A stretch of DNA of 64,000 nt. It comes from Cyanidioschyzon merolae. Lineage: Eukaryota. The first letter of the stretch is position 1, and the number at the start of each line of letters is the position of its first letter. The stretch lies in assembly GCA_000091205.1 (NCBI GenBank), contig AP006492.2, one strand, 5' to 3'. The position numbers were made by a program, and so were the translations under genes. Below the pieces are notes generated by a model. That model was not told the origin of the DNA. It saw nothing but the letters and a program-made list of their open reading frames with translations, and did not search any database. This document shows, in pieces, positions 1-9,351 of this stretch.

Positions 1-172
1 CTGGCATGCGTCGCAGCGACAGGCCGCGCGAACCTTCACCGATGAATCGCCTGGACGTCCGCAGCAAGCAGCGGCCAGAGGCCTCGATTCGATACCCGAA
101 GTTGCTCCAGACCATGAGCATTACGCTGGATTTTTCCTAGACTGTACGTACCAAATCATCGAAAGCTTTCTT

Positions 173-2653
173 GTGAGCTTCTTGCCACGGTACGTTTCGG
201 CACTTGTTGCTCGCCAGTGTCCGCCAACATTGGACTGGTTCCCTGAGTCACAATGCAGCGCACGCCTTGCTGTAGTTGCATCATTGCTACGCTGGGCGAC
301 GCGGCCTCGCCTTGCTGCAGAAACTAGTAGCTCAGGTGCGCCGATCTTACCCCATGGCCTACAACTTGTTGGAATCCTGGAACGGTTGGTGAATCAGACA
401 CTCGCTCACTGGCAAGAAGCCGCGAATTCGACGAGCACCCCGGCCGGTGTATTGCTTGTGCTGCTTCTAACGCTTCTGGGCGAGTTGATAGGTGACGAAA
501 ATCTCCACGACATGGACGCTTCAGCTTCAATGCATGTGCCCGCCGCCGTAATGCTGCAGACGTGCGCATCGCTGGGGATCGAGCATTGGTGCCCGTGGCT
601 GGAGGCAGTGCTGCACCCGCCGGTTCGCATGCTGGCGGCAGTAGCGCAGCAGGCGCCGGCGCTGGCTACCTGTGCCTCCGGAACTCGCTCTGACGTCGAC
701 CTGGCTGTGATGGCAACGTTATTCGATACGCTGCGTCGCTGGAGTGTTATCACTGGTCCGGGCCCAGATCCGCAGGCCGCCGTGCATCGCCTCTGTGCGA
801 ACTGGCTGCTTCCCGCAGAAACCGCGGTGCATCTGAGGTCGCTCCTAGCGAGCAACCGTTTCGTTGAGCTGCTAGGATTCAGTGATGAAGCGCAAACATC
901 GTGGCGCTTTCTCTGGCTCGACCGAATACGCCAAACACTGGATACGGTGTGCGTTCTTCACGCAACGAATGGAGCAGCAGCAGCAGCAGCAGCGCTGAAT
1001 CTGTTACTGCAGGCCTCACGTTCGTGGCCGTCACCTGCTAGCCTTGCGGCGGAGACTGCCTGGTGGGAGCAACTTGTAGCTCTAGCTTTGCCGCCCCAGG
1101 AGGAGCCCTGGTGTGAGCGAGGGTATCCATGGCGGCCCTCAGAGCTGATCCGCCTGGGTGAGTGCCTAGGCTGGGCAGCCACGAAGCTCCTTGCAGTGGA
1201 TGAAGTGCACACCATGGGCCCGCTCTCGTTGTGGTCCGCATGCGTGACCTGGTGGCTGCAGTGGATCCACCCGCGTGTAGCGACCCTGTCCAACGGCAAT
1301 GCAATTGACCACGTTCGCTCGGGTATGGCGGGAGCGGTGTCGCTCAGCCCTAGGGATGTTTCTCAGGTCGAAGAACGCGCATTGCATACACTTTGCTTGC
1401 TACGTGGCCTAAGCCGAGTCCTCCAGCGAATATCCATGCCAGACATCGTCGATCCGATGGATATTCTCGCCATAGCTCAGCAGGCGTTGTGCACCTTCTT
1501 TGCGATTTCGAGAAGCTGTTCGGGCGTGCTTCGGGCTGTGTTCTACTGGCTGGCTGATCTGGTGCGCGCGCGCGTTCTTTCGTTGCAGCGCCTGCTGGAG
1601 GCGCTCGGCGAGCCGCTTTTCCAGACCGCGCTGGAGACCTGGCTTGAGCCCATGGCGCGCGCAGATCGGTGGTGCACGCCCTCGAGCGATTTCGCCGGAT
1701 CCGTCGTCGACCACACGACTGAGAATCTGATCAGCTGGCTGGCGTTCTGGCGAGCAATCTGCGATCGTTGTCCGGTGCCTGCCTCGCAGCGATATGTGAG
1801 ATCAGGATCGGCACCGCACGCTGCAGGTGCGTCATCAGGTGCGCTCGCGCCAGCGGTGTACCAGCGTCTCTGGCAGATGGGACTGGGGCAGTTTCTAACA
1901 CTCTTGCACCGTGCCGATGCTCTCTGGCAGATACTGCAGGTACCCTGTCTGCAGTCAGAACTCGCCGCTGCGATTGCAGCAGCTGCCTGGTTGAGTATCC
2001 CATACGATACGTGCCTCTCTGTACATGATCGAAATGAATTGCGGAACGTGCTCTATGTGCTTTTGACTCGGGCGCATTCAGCATCTGTGGTATCCTCTGC
2101 CGCCGAGGCCGTCGCGGATATCTGGACACACCGAGAGGCGAGCGCTTACCAGATTAGCGAGGCGGTCTTGAATCCGCCCGATGGCGTGCCGAAGTCGGCA
2201 GCGGACGATCTCGACAGCGAGCGCGACGCCTGGATACGATTTGTGCCAGTTGTGCTGCAGCTTCTATTGACTGCTTTCGGAAGTTTCAGGACGCAGGAAG
2301 CCCTGGAGGACGCGCTTTTCCATATGCTGCTTGGAATGCGCTGTCCACCAGCTGTGCTTCATGCCCAGTTCATGCTTGTGGACTGGTTTGCGGTCCGCGC
2401 CGCGCTACTCGAACCAATCGGCACAGATCAGCATCTCGAGTGCAGTGCTGGCGGTGCCGCCAACGCAGTAGCCACCGAGCCTGTCGCGCGCTGCTGTCGA
2501 CTGGCGAGCGAAGCGCTCTGTGCTGTTGGATGTCGAGATCCGCACGATGCTACCAATGGTACAAGTGTTCAGGCATGCTTCCGCCGAGAATGGCGTCGCT
2601 GGCTACAAGCACTTCGCGTCCAGGTATTTCTAGAACAAGTTGCAGAGACCTAA
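173..2653 (+). CDS. hypothetical Leu/Ala-rich protein (826 aa); no recognisable domain. Contains a poly-Ala tract encoded by a (GCA)n run near 963-988.
   Basis: Longest ORF in the region. Helical repeat-like composition (possibly HEAT/ARM-like) but no diagnostic motif. True start uncertain. Confidence 0.4.
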   Translation: MSFLPRYVSALVARQCPPTLDWFPESQCSARLAVVASLLRWATRPRLAAETSSSGAPILPHGLQLVGILERLVNQTLAHWQEAANSTSTPAGVLLVLLLTLLGELIGDENLHDMDASASMHVPAAVMLQTCASLGIEHWCPWLEAVLHPPVRMLAAVAQQAPALATCASGTRSDVDLAVMATLFDTLRRWSVITGPGPDPQAAVHRLCANWLLPAETAVHLRSLLASNRFVELLGFSDEAQTSWRFLWLDRIRQTLDTVCVLHATNGAAAAAAALNLLLQASRSWPSPASLAAETAWWEQLVALALPPQEEPWCERGYPWRPSELIRLGECLGWAATKLLAVDEVHTMGPLSLWSACVTWWLQWIHPRVATLSNGNAIDHVRSGMAGAVSLSPRDVSQVEERALHTLCLLRGLSRVLQRISMPDIVDPMDILAIAQQALCTFFAISRSCSGVLRAVFYWLADLVRARVLSLQRLLEALGEPLFQTALETWLEPMARADRWCTPSSDFAGSVVDHTTENLISWLAFWRAICDRCPVPASQRYVRSGSAPHAAGASSGALAPAVYQRLWQMGLGQFLTLLHRADALWQILQVPCLQSELAAAIAAAAWLSIPYDTCLSVHDRNELRNVLYVLLTRAHSASVVSSAAEAVADIWTHREASAYQISEAVLNPPDGVPKSAADDLDSERDAWIRFVPVVLQLLLTAFGSFRTQEALEDALFHMLLGMRCPPAVLHAQFMLVDWFAVRAALLEPIGTDQHLECSAGGAANAVATEPVARCCRLASEALCAVGCRDPHDATNGTSVQACFRREWRRWLQALRVQVFLEQVAET

Positions 2654-3799
2654 TGTTATAAATGCAAAGTCAGCGTAGCCGCGCTGGGTACCAGCTGCCG
2701 TTCACGTTGCAAGCGCTGCCGTCGGAGGCAGTATCAGGAACAGCAGCACGAGACGCTTCGCTGCCGGTGCCATCTCGGGGGTGCTCATTCGGCTCGCTCG
2801 GAACCGCTGGATATCGTGACGCAAACACGCCTGAGCGCAGAGGCACTGCACGTGACCCGGGCATCTATTCAATGCCGCAGTTGGCGCATTGCATGAAGAA
2901 AGCGCTTGTGACTTGCTGCTGCTTCGCGCTGGGCAATCTGCACTGGGTAAGCAAGGCATGCAATTCAAAGGCCCTGGGTTGTTCGCGAAATGCTTTCATC
3001 AGCGCGATGCGGCGTGTGCCTAAGACGTAAAGAACGCCGACCAGGCTGCGTCAACGGCATTTCAAGTTGTACAGCATCTGGTGGAGCGCGGCGAGTCGTT
3101 GTGGCCCATTGGGATGCGGTTGGCGGTTTCCGGCTCCAGGGTGCCGCCGATTCCCGCTGGATACGACGCAGGCGAACAGCTTCGGTTTGCCGCATCAAAG
3201 GCCGGCATACATGCAAACACCCGCGCGTTGTGCATTGAGTCTGTTTCCGAAAGGACATGCGTGCTATGGGGTGCGCGTGTCCATGTGCCACTGCTAGTGT
3301 TCCCGCCTCAGCGTTGCTGGTGTTGGCGAGAAAGGTAAAAGCGCCAAGCCCTCTGGCTGCGGATCCCGTTGATGCGCAGCCGCCCTGTGACAACTATGAG
3401 CACAAACCGCCATGCACGGCGGGCAGCTCTTCGTCGCATCGACGCCACATTCGTCAAGTCGGGGCACCGCAGCTTGCCCGCAGTGGACGGTACGGAATCC
3501 ATGCGGCACACACGAGGCCGTGCCAAAATTGTTCCTGGTGCGCACAGTCCAACATACGCTGCCAGTGTGCTGTGATCCCGTTTGGAGAAGTAGTCCAAGC
3601 TGAACGGTTCAGTGATCTCTGGCGCGAGAGGCAATCGTTCGGGGAGCAGCAGCGAGCTTCTATGCCGCCTCAGGTGCGACGCACGGAAGTCGTCATAAAC
3701 ACGAACGACGTCCAACGCGATCGCGTGTCACTCTAAAAGTCAGCAACACAAGTTCCTGTAGACGCCTCGGAACGCAAGGTCACCTCACCGCACGTAGTA

Positions 3800-3985
3800 G
3801 TTGCATGCATGCGCTTGCACACGTGTCCATGCATGCGTGACCATGCATGCGTGTGCATTCAATGCATGATCGCTGTACGCGTGTCCATGCATGCATGCGC
3901 TTGCACACGTGTCCATGCATGCGTGTGCATTCGATGCATGATCGCTGTATGCGTGCTTGCGTGCGTGCGCGTGCACGAAGGAATT
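3800..3985. repeat. tandem repeat, about two copies of an ~87-bp unit rich in CATGCATGCGTG motifs
   Basis: Direct reading: 'gcatgcgcttgcacacgtgtccatgcatgcgtg' occurs at ~3806 and again at ~3893, with similar following sequence (tgtgcattc[a/g]atgcatgatcgctgta). Confidence 0.7.
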
Positions 3986-4594
3986 CTTGGCCGAGAATCG
4001 ATGCATATAGTGTGCTCCGTGCATACTCTGACGCGCAGGAAAGGATAAAACACAATGCATACGAGCCGTAAGGTGGACCATTCATGATCCAGCATTTCCG
4101 AAACACCGTTCAGAGAGATTCCGCCGGAAACCCCATCGTGCGGGCACGCTACCGTTCGGCGCGCTCTGCGCATACGCGCCACTGATGCCCAGATATCATC
4201 CAGCTCTGGAAAAAGCGGTTTCGGGGACGCCTTGTGCGCTCCGCCGCCGACGTCGCACGGAGACGGTGCGGCTACGGTGCAGAGATCAGCGGCGAGTCGT
4301 GGCTCGGGATGCGCTGGCGCGCGGATGCGCTCGCGCGAATCGATGCTTATGGAAAGGATGGATATTCTGTACCTAAATATTCTATATTGTCACACGAAGT
4401 CCGGAATGCAGTGCCTCGCTCGATCGACTGTGGGGTGTTCGCGGGGCGCAGCGATCGCATCCGCAGATCGCAAGCCTTGCGGGCTCGCACATCGTGCGCT
4501 CGCAGCTGAGCTTTGCTCGTGAAGGCTCCGGGACCTGGGCGCACCACCGGACTCGGGCGGTGTATTTCCCGTTTCAGGGAAAATTGTTTCGCTT

Positions 4595-7072
4595 ATGCTG
4601 GAAGCGCACTGCTCGCTTCTGTTTGTGAACGCAAGTCGTCTAACTGCACCTGAAAGTCCGTTCGAATGGACCTCTTCAGTACAACGAGGTCGCAGGCTGT
4701 GCTCCTCTCGCGTTGCTGTTCAAGAGCGCTTTCAGCTGATTGCAGCAGCTGATGACAAAAGTGCGAACTCGAGCTCATCTCAGAAGCCTAAAAAGGAGGT
4801 TGGCCATGGCGGCTCTTCGTCGAGCGTAGGGCAGTCACCGGCGAACGGGGCAAGTGTCCCGCGGACGGAAGCAAAACCCAGCGGTTTCGCTGCCGCAGCG
4901 GACGGGGCGCGCGAAGCGCACAGCGCAGAGAAGCCTGATCAAAGCGCTGACGAAAGCGTGGAGCGCACTCCTGCCAGGAAGACCCCTGCTCGAGGGCAGC
5001 GACAGAGGCAGCTGACAGAGAACCTGGTACGTCTTGCCGATGCTGCCGGCAAGCCGATTGCTGCACTAGGCGGCGGAGCGAGGGCTCGTCTGGACGCCGC
5101 GATCGATGAAATTCTAAAAAACACCGATCCGCAGCAGGCGTCAAAACGACGAGCAGTAAGCGTACTGAAAGGCGCGGCGGACACGACCTGGACTTGGTGG
5201 CGGACGCAGGCGATTCCACGTTTCATTCGACCACGTCTACCGGAACCGCTCGCGTTGCGTAGCGACGAAGCCGTTGCAGCCGGGCTACATGCGTTATTTT
5301 TCGTCGTTTTCTTCGCGCTTCCAGGCCTCTTTCATGGCTCTCCTGGCACCGAGAAGGAAGCGCTAATCAAACGCCACGAACTCGAATCGCAGACGAGCCG
5401 CCTCGAGCAGCGACTCAGCCGTCCATCTGATGGTACCCAAGCACCAGAGAAGAAACCCAGAGACCAGGGAACGCAAATGAATGGCTCCAGGTCGGCACCG
5501 AAATCATTCGCCACGAAGGGTGGTGTTCCATCGGAGCTGTCGACTAGGGGTAGCGGGCGTGAGCCGTCCGCGGCAGTGCCGCCCAGAGCGCCTGCGCCCG
5601 AACCAAGTACACTGCCACCACGAGCGCTCGGAAATGTTGTCGCTGCACTGCGGGATGCACTCCCAGCAGAGCAGCGCGACTGGATCTCGGAGGCCTCTTA
5701 TGACAGCCTGTCTGCGGAGCCGCTCATTGTGGTTGAAGTTCGCCCGTCTACATTCTTCAAATCAACGCCCTCAGACCAAATCGCATTTACGACGAAGCTG
5801 CTCGATGCAGCGCAGAAACTGGGTGTCAATGCTCTACGCCTGGTGGACGGTGAGGGTAATACTGTTGCATCCGCCGGTGGACGTACAGTCGCCCTGTCTG
5901 GCACCGAGCGTCGTTTACAGACAGAAATCCGAGCGCTGCGCAAAGAGCTCGAGCGTGCTGGAGCGGAGACTGCAGCCGCGAGAAGTGAGACTGCCGCTGC
6001 GCGGGAAGAGCTTGCTATGGCAAAGGAAACGTACGCGAAGGAACGAGCCGAGCTGGAGCGAAACCTGCAAGCGATAAAGGCGGAGAATGTGCGCCTCGCT
6101 GCAGATCTGCAGGACGCACAGCGAGAACTTGAACAGCAGCCCGAACGAGAGGCGTTACTGGCTCGTGCAGAGCACGCCGAAGAGGAGCGCCAAAAATATG
6201 CAGTTGCTGTGGAATCCCTTGGTGAACAGGTTGCTGAAGCGCGCAGCGCTCAACAGAAAGCAGAGCAGGAAGCAGCGCAGGCTCGCTCCAAGGAGGCGGA
6301 GGCCAAAGAGCAACTGCGCTCAGCACTAAATGACATAGAGGCCAAGTTGGAAGGCCAACGAGCGCAGTTCGCGGCTGAACAGCAACAGCTGAAGGCCCAA
6401 CATGAAAAGGAACTGGCCGCGGCTCGTGAGGAAGCTCAGGCCGAGATACGGCGCCTTCGGGATGCGCTGGCTCACGCGGAGCAGAGCAAAGCCGAGGCCG
6501 TTTCGCAGGCACGCAGTGAAACTCAAGCCGAAATAGAGCAACTTAGGAAGCGACTTGCGGAAGCGGCCAAGGAGCGTGAAACGGCGGTAGCAGCGGCGAA
6601 GCAGGAAGCGGCCCAAAGCATGCAGGCGCTGGAAAAGAGGTTGCAGGAGGCAGCTGCCGAACAACAGCGACAGCTCGCGCAACTGGAAAAGCAATCACAA
6701 GAGCAAGTACGTGCACTCGAATCGCAGCTGGAAAAAGCAAAGTCGAATACCGAGACCGCAGTGCGAGAGGCCACGGCACGTCTCGAGAAAGAGACAGAGC
6801 GTTTGCTGCAGGCAAAGGAACAGGAGCTGGTAGCATCTCGCGCAGCTGTGGCCTCGCTCGAAGCAGATTCGGAGAAACAGATGAAGCGCCTACGGCAGGA
6901 GAGCGCCAGACAGATCGCCTCGCTTGAAAAGCAGATATCTAATGAAAGGAAAACGGCAGAGCAACTGCGCAAGCGCTTGCAGACTCTGGAGCAGCGGCTG
7001 CGTAGCCGACCAGGAGCGCCAGCAGAGTCAGAGACGCCAGCATCTTCGACGGCAACGCCAGCTACCAGTTGA
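4595..7072 (+). CDS. coiled-coil protein (825 aa). N-terminal ~250 aa are non-repetitive with one hydrophobic segment. C-terminal ~500 aa are a continuous A/E/Q/K/R-rich coiled coil.
   Basis: ORF translation. Heptad-like charged repeats (e.g. AEQEAAQARSKEAEAKEQLRSALNDIEAKLEGQRAQ...). Hydrophobic stretch LHALFFVVFFALPGLF. No enzyme motifs. Real start may be an internal Met. Confidence 0.5.
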   Translation: MLEAHCSLLFVNASRLTAPESPFEWTSSVQRGRRLCSSRVAVQERFQLIAAADDKSANSSSSQKPKKEVGHGGSSSSVGQSPANGASVPRTEAKPSGFAAAADGAREAHSAEKPDQSADESVERTPARKTPARGQRQRQLTENLVRLADAAGKPIAALGGGARARLDAAIDEILKNTDPQQASKRRAVSVLKGAADTTWTWWRTQAIPRFIRPRLPEPLALRSDEAVAAGLHALFFVVFFALPGLFHGSPGTEKEALIKRHELESQTSRLEQRLSRPSDGTQAPEKKPRDQGTQMNGSRSAPKSFATKGGVPSELSTRGSGREPSAAVPPRAPAPEPSTLPPRALGNVVAALRDALPAEQRDWISEASYDSLSAEPLIVVEVRPSTFFKSTPSDQIAFTTKLLDAAQKLGVNALRLVDGEGNTVASAGGRTVALSGTERRLQTEIRALRKELERAGAETAAARSETAAAREELAMAKETYAKERAELERNLQAIKAENVRLAADLQDAQRELEQQPEREALLARAEHAEEERQKYAVAVESLGEQVAEARSAQQKAEQEAAQARSKEAEAKEQLRSALNDIEAKLEGQRAQFAAEQQQLKAQHEKELAAAREEAQAEIRRLRDALAHAEQSKAEAVSQARSETQAEIEQLRKRLAEAAKERETAVAAAKQEAAQSMQALEKRLQEAAAEQQRQLAQLEKQSQEQVRALESQLEKAKSNTETAVREATARLEKETERLLQAKEQELVASRAAVASLEADSEKQMKRLRQESARQIASLEKQISNERKTAEQLRKRLQTLEQRLRSRPGAPAESETPASSTATPATS

Positions 7073-7314
7073 TGCTGTTTTGGTGTCGCCGACTAGTCTT
7101 TACGGACTGATTCGCAAGATGCACCATAGCGATGCCGCGGCTATATCATGACAAGCGCGCGGCCAAACAGCGCTGCTTGAGGCGCTGCGCATGTGCACGT
7201 TTCGTTCTGCCAGCAACAGCACTAGTGGTGTAGGCCATACGCCGACAGTTTCAGGTGAAACGCGAACCGACGCTCAGCATCTGAACGCGCAGACGCCTCA
7301 GCTGTGTTGCTTGT

Positions 7315-9132
7315 TCAGTTTGCGCCAGGCGTCGTAGCTGTCGGATCTCGAACTGATGCCACGGGTTCTGGACGACAATTACCGTCACGATCTACAGACT
7401 CCTGTCCCGCTTCTTGGTTGCTTTCCGATGCAAGCCAGTCACGAATAGCCTGAACCAGGGGCGGGCCCCGTTGCATCTGGATTTGCTCCTGCGTCGACAG
7501 CCTTTTGAGGCCGACCACGCCGGCTGCGAGTTCGTCTTCACCGAGAATGGCGAGCACCGGGATGCCGCGTTCCAATGCATACTGCAGCTGTCGAGCCATC
7601 TTGGGTCGTTCAGCGTACAAACATTCCGCCGCTAGATGAGCGCGCCATAGCTCATCACATAATTTCAGACGCTGCACGAGATCTACCTTGCCAATGCCCA
7701 CCACAAGCACCTGCGTCTTGCTTGCGCGAATGACGCGGCCAGTGGCTTGGGCAAGTTCACGTTCAGCCTCCTCCATTAGGGAAAAGATTCTCTCTATACC
7801 GATTGAAGTGCCTACGCAGGGTACGGGTTTCCCGGCAAAGTCCTCCACCAAACGATCATAGCGTCCACCGGCACCGATAGAGCCCAGCGGTGTTGAACCG
7901 TCCGTGAGCACGGCCTCGAAAATGAGACCCGTGTAGTAGTCTAGGCCGCGGGCGAGGGCAAGGTTCAGCGTACAACGTTCCAGGACATTGCCCATCGCCT
8001 CCAGGTACGAAAACAAGCGCTCGAGATCGGCCAGTGCTTCCTCGGCTCCAAACTTGCCGCAACAGAGGCTGTGGTCGGCCTGGAGCTCGCGGAGCAGCTC
8101 CCTGGGCTTGCCCGCTCGCGTCACAAACTGGCCAATCCGATCCGCACATGGTGCGGTTAGGCCTTTCACGTCGATCATTTCCTTTCGTACAACATCCCAA
8201 GGCTCCTTGTCGAGTTTGTCAATCGATGAGCAAATGGGTCGCAGAAGCTCCTTCGGCACGCCACATAGCTGCAGAATCGCATCCAGTAGACCTCGGTGGC
8301 TCAGTTTTACCTGATAGGATCCCAGTCTCTGGCGATGATACGGGCTCAAAGCCGCAAACTCGTCCAACACTTCAATGAGGACTCGAAGGACCTCAGCATC
8401 CGGTACCATCGGAGGATGCTGACCAGCAATATCGAAGTCGCACTGGTAAAACTCGCGAAAGCGACCACGAGCGATCGCCGGCTGGTCTCGTCGGTACACC
8501 CGACCCAGTTGGTATCGCTTGAGGCTCACAATGCCGTGCGTCGCAAGAAAGCGCGCGAAAGGCACCGTCAAATCGTAGCGGAGGGAAAGCAACTCGCCGC
8601 CCTGATCGGCAATGTCGTAGATGAGCTTGCTCTCCTCACCGTACTGACCCAGAAGCGTCTCTTTCAACTCGAAAACAGGCGTTTCGATAGTCACTGCGCC
8701 GTGGCGTTCAAAAACAGAGGTCACGAGCGCGAAAACGCGTTGACGTATGGCCATCTGCTCGGGTAGGAAGTCGCGGGTGCCCTTGGGCACCTTGCAGACT
8801 CGTCTCCCCGTCGACATCGCACACGTCCTCTCAAGCGCTCTCGTTCGTCGAGGTACTCGGGCACTGCACGAGCGAATGTGTGCAGTAGTTGACTGCGCCA
8901 GGAACGCACTACGAAACGACTTGCTCAAGGCGGCAGTCCGTAACGTTACTGCACAGAACATGAGTAATAAGCGTCGTCCCGAGGGTACGAAGTCGTCTGC
9001 GGCAGTCGACGACTGGCGGCGACGCGGCGATTGCGGCGCTTCTGGTTGACGATTTCTCTTTGTCTTGACAAAACGTTTACGTTGACCACGGATCACAGAC
9101 TGCGGGATGGATATCGGTTGTCGACAAAGCAT
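7315..9132 (-). CDS. HARS: histidyl-tRNA synthetase (class II aaRS) with ~105-aa N-terminal extension, likely an organellar targeting peptide
   Basis: Class II HisRS motifs in the translation: KGTRDFLP, RYDLTVPFARF, KRYQLGRVYRRDQP, GRFREFYQCDFDIAG, GLDYYTG, and anticodon-binding region. Alternative start at MSTGRRVCK (~8817). The N-terminus before it is Arg/Ser-rich. Confidence 0.85.
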   Translation of the reverse strand: MLCRQPISIPQSVIRGQRKRFVKTKRNRQPEAPQSPRRRQSSTAADDFVPSGRRLLLMFCAVTLRTAALSKSFRSAFLAQSTTAHIRSCSARVPRRTRALERTCAMSTGRRVCKVPKGTRDFLPEQMAIRQRVFALVTSVFERHGAVTIETPVFELKETLLGQYGEESKLIYDIADQGGELLSLRYDLTVPFARFLATHGIVSLKRYQLGRVYRRDQPAIARGRFREFYQCDFDIAGQHPPMVPDAEVLRVLIEVLDEFAALSPYHRQRLGSYQVKLSHRGLLDAILQLCGVPKELLRPICSSIDKLDKEPWDVVRKEMIDVKGLTAPCADRIGQFVTRAGKPRELLRELQADHSLCCGKFGAEEALADLERLFSYLEAMGNVLERCTLNLALARGLDYYTGLIFEAVLTDGSTPLGSIGAGGRYDRLVEDFAGKPVPCVGTSIGIERIFSLMEEAERELAQATGRVIRASKTQVLVVGIGKVDLVQRLKLCDELWRAHLAAECLYAERPKMARQLQYALERGIPVLAILGEDELAAGVVGLKRLSTQEQIQMQRGPPLVQAIRDWLASESNQEAGQESVDRDGNCRPEPVASVRDPTATTPGAN

Positions 9133-9351
9133 CTGTCATACTGCGCCCTACCTCCAAACTCCATTTCGCATATCTCCTTTCGGATATACTGGCTGTTTCG
9201 CACGTTCCATCGTGCGGCGGTTTCTGGCTTTGAGCACCCGCCGCCGCGCCCCAACCATTTACACGGATGCATCACGGAGGCAGACTGACATTGCCATACC
9301 GTATGAGGCATCGGCTCGAGGCGCCGTTCCTTCAACACAGACTCCACGTGC

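Noticed and set aside
5481-6972. Multiple long antisense or alternate-frame ORFs inside the coiled-coil gene, and similar ones inside malic enzyme, HemA and the GNAT gene (e.g. 55101-55793)
   Set aside because: High GC suppresses stop codons. These ORFs have no conserved motifs and are fully contained in better-supported genes.
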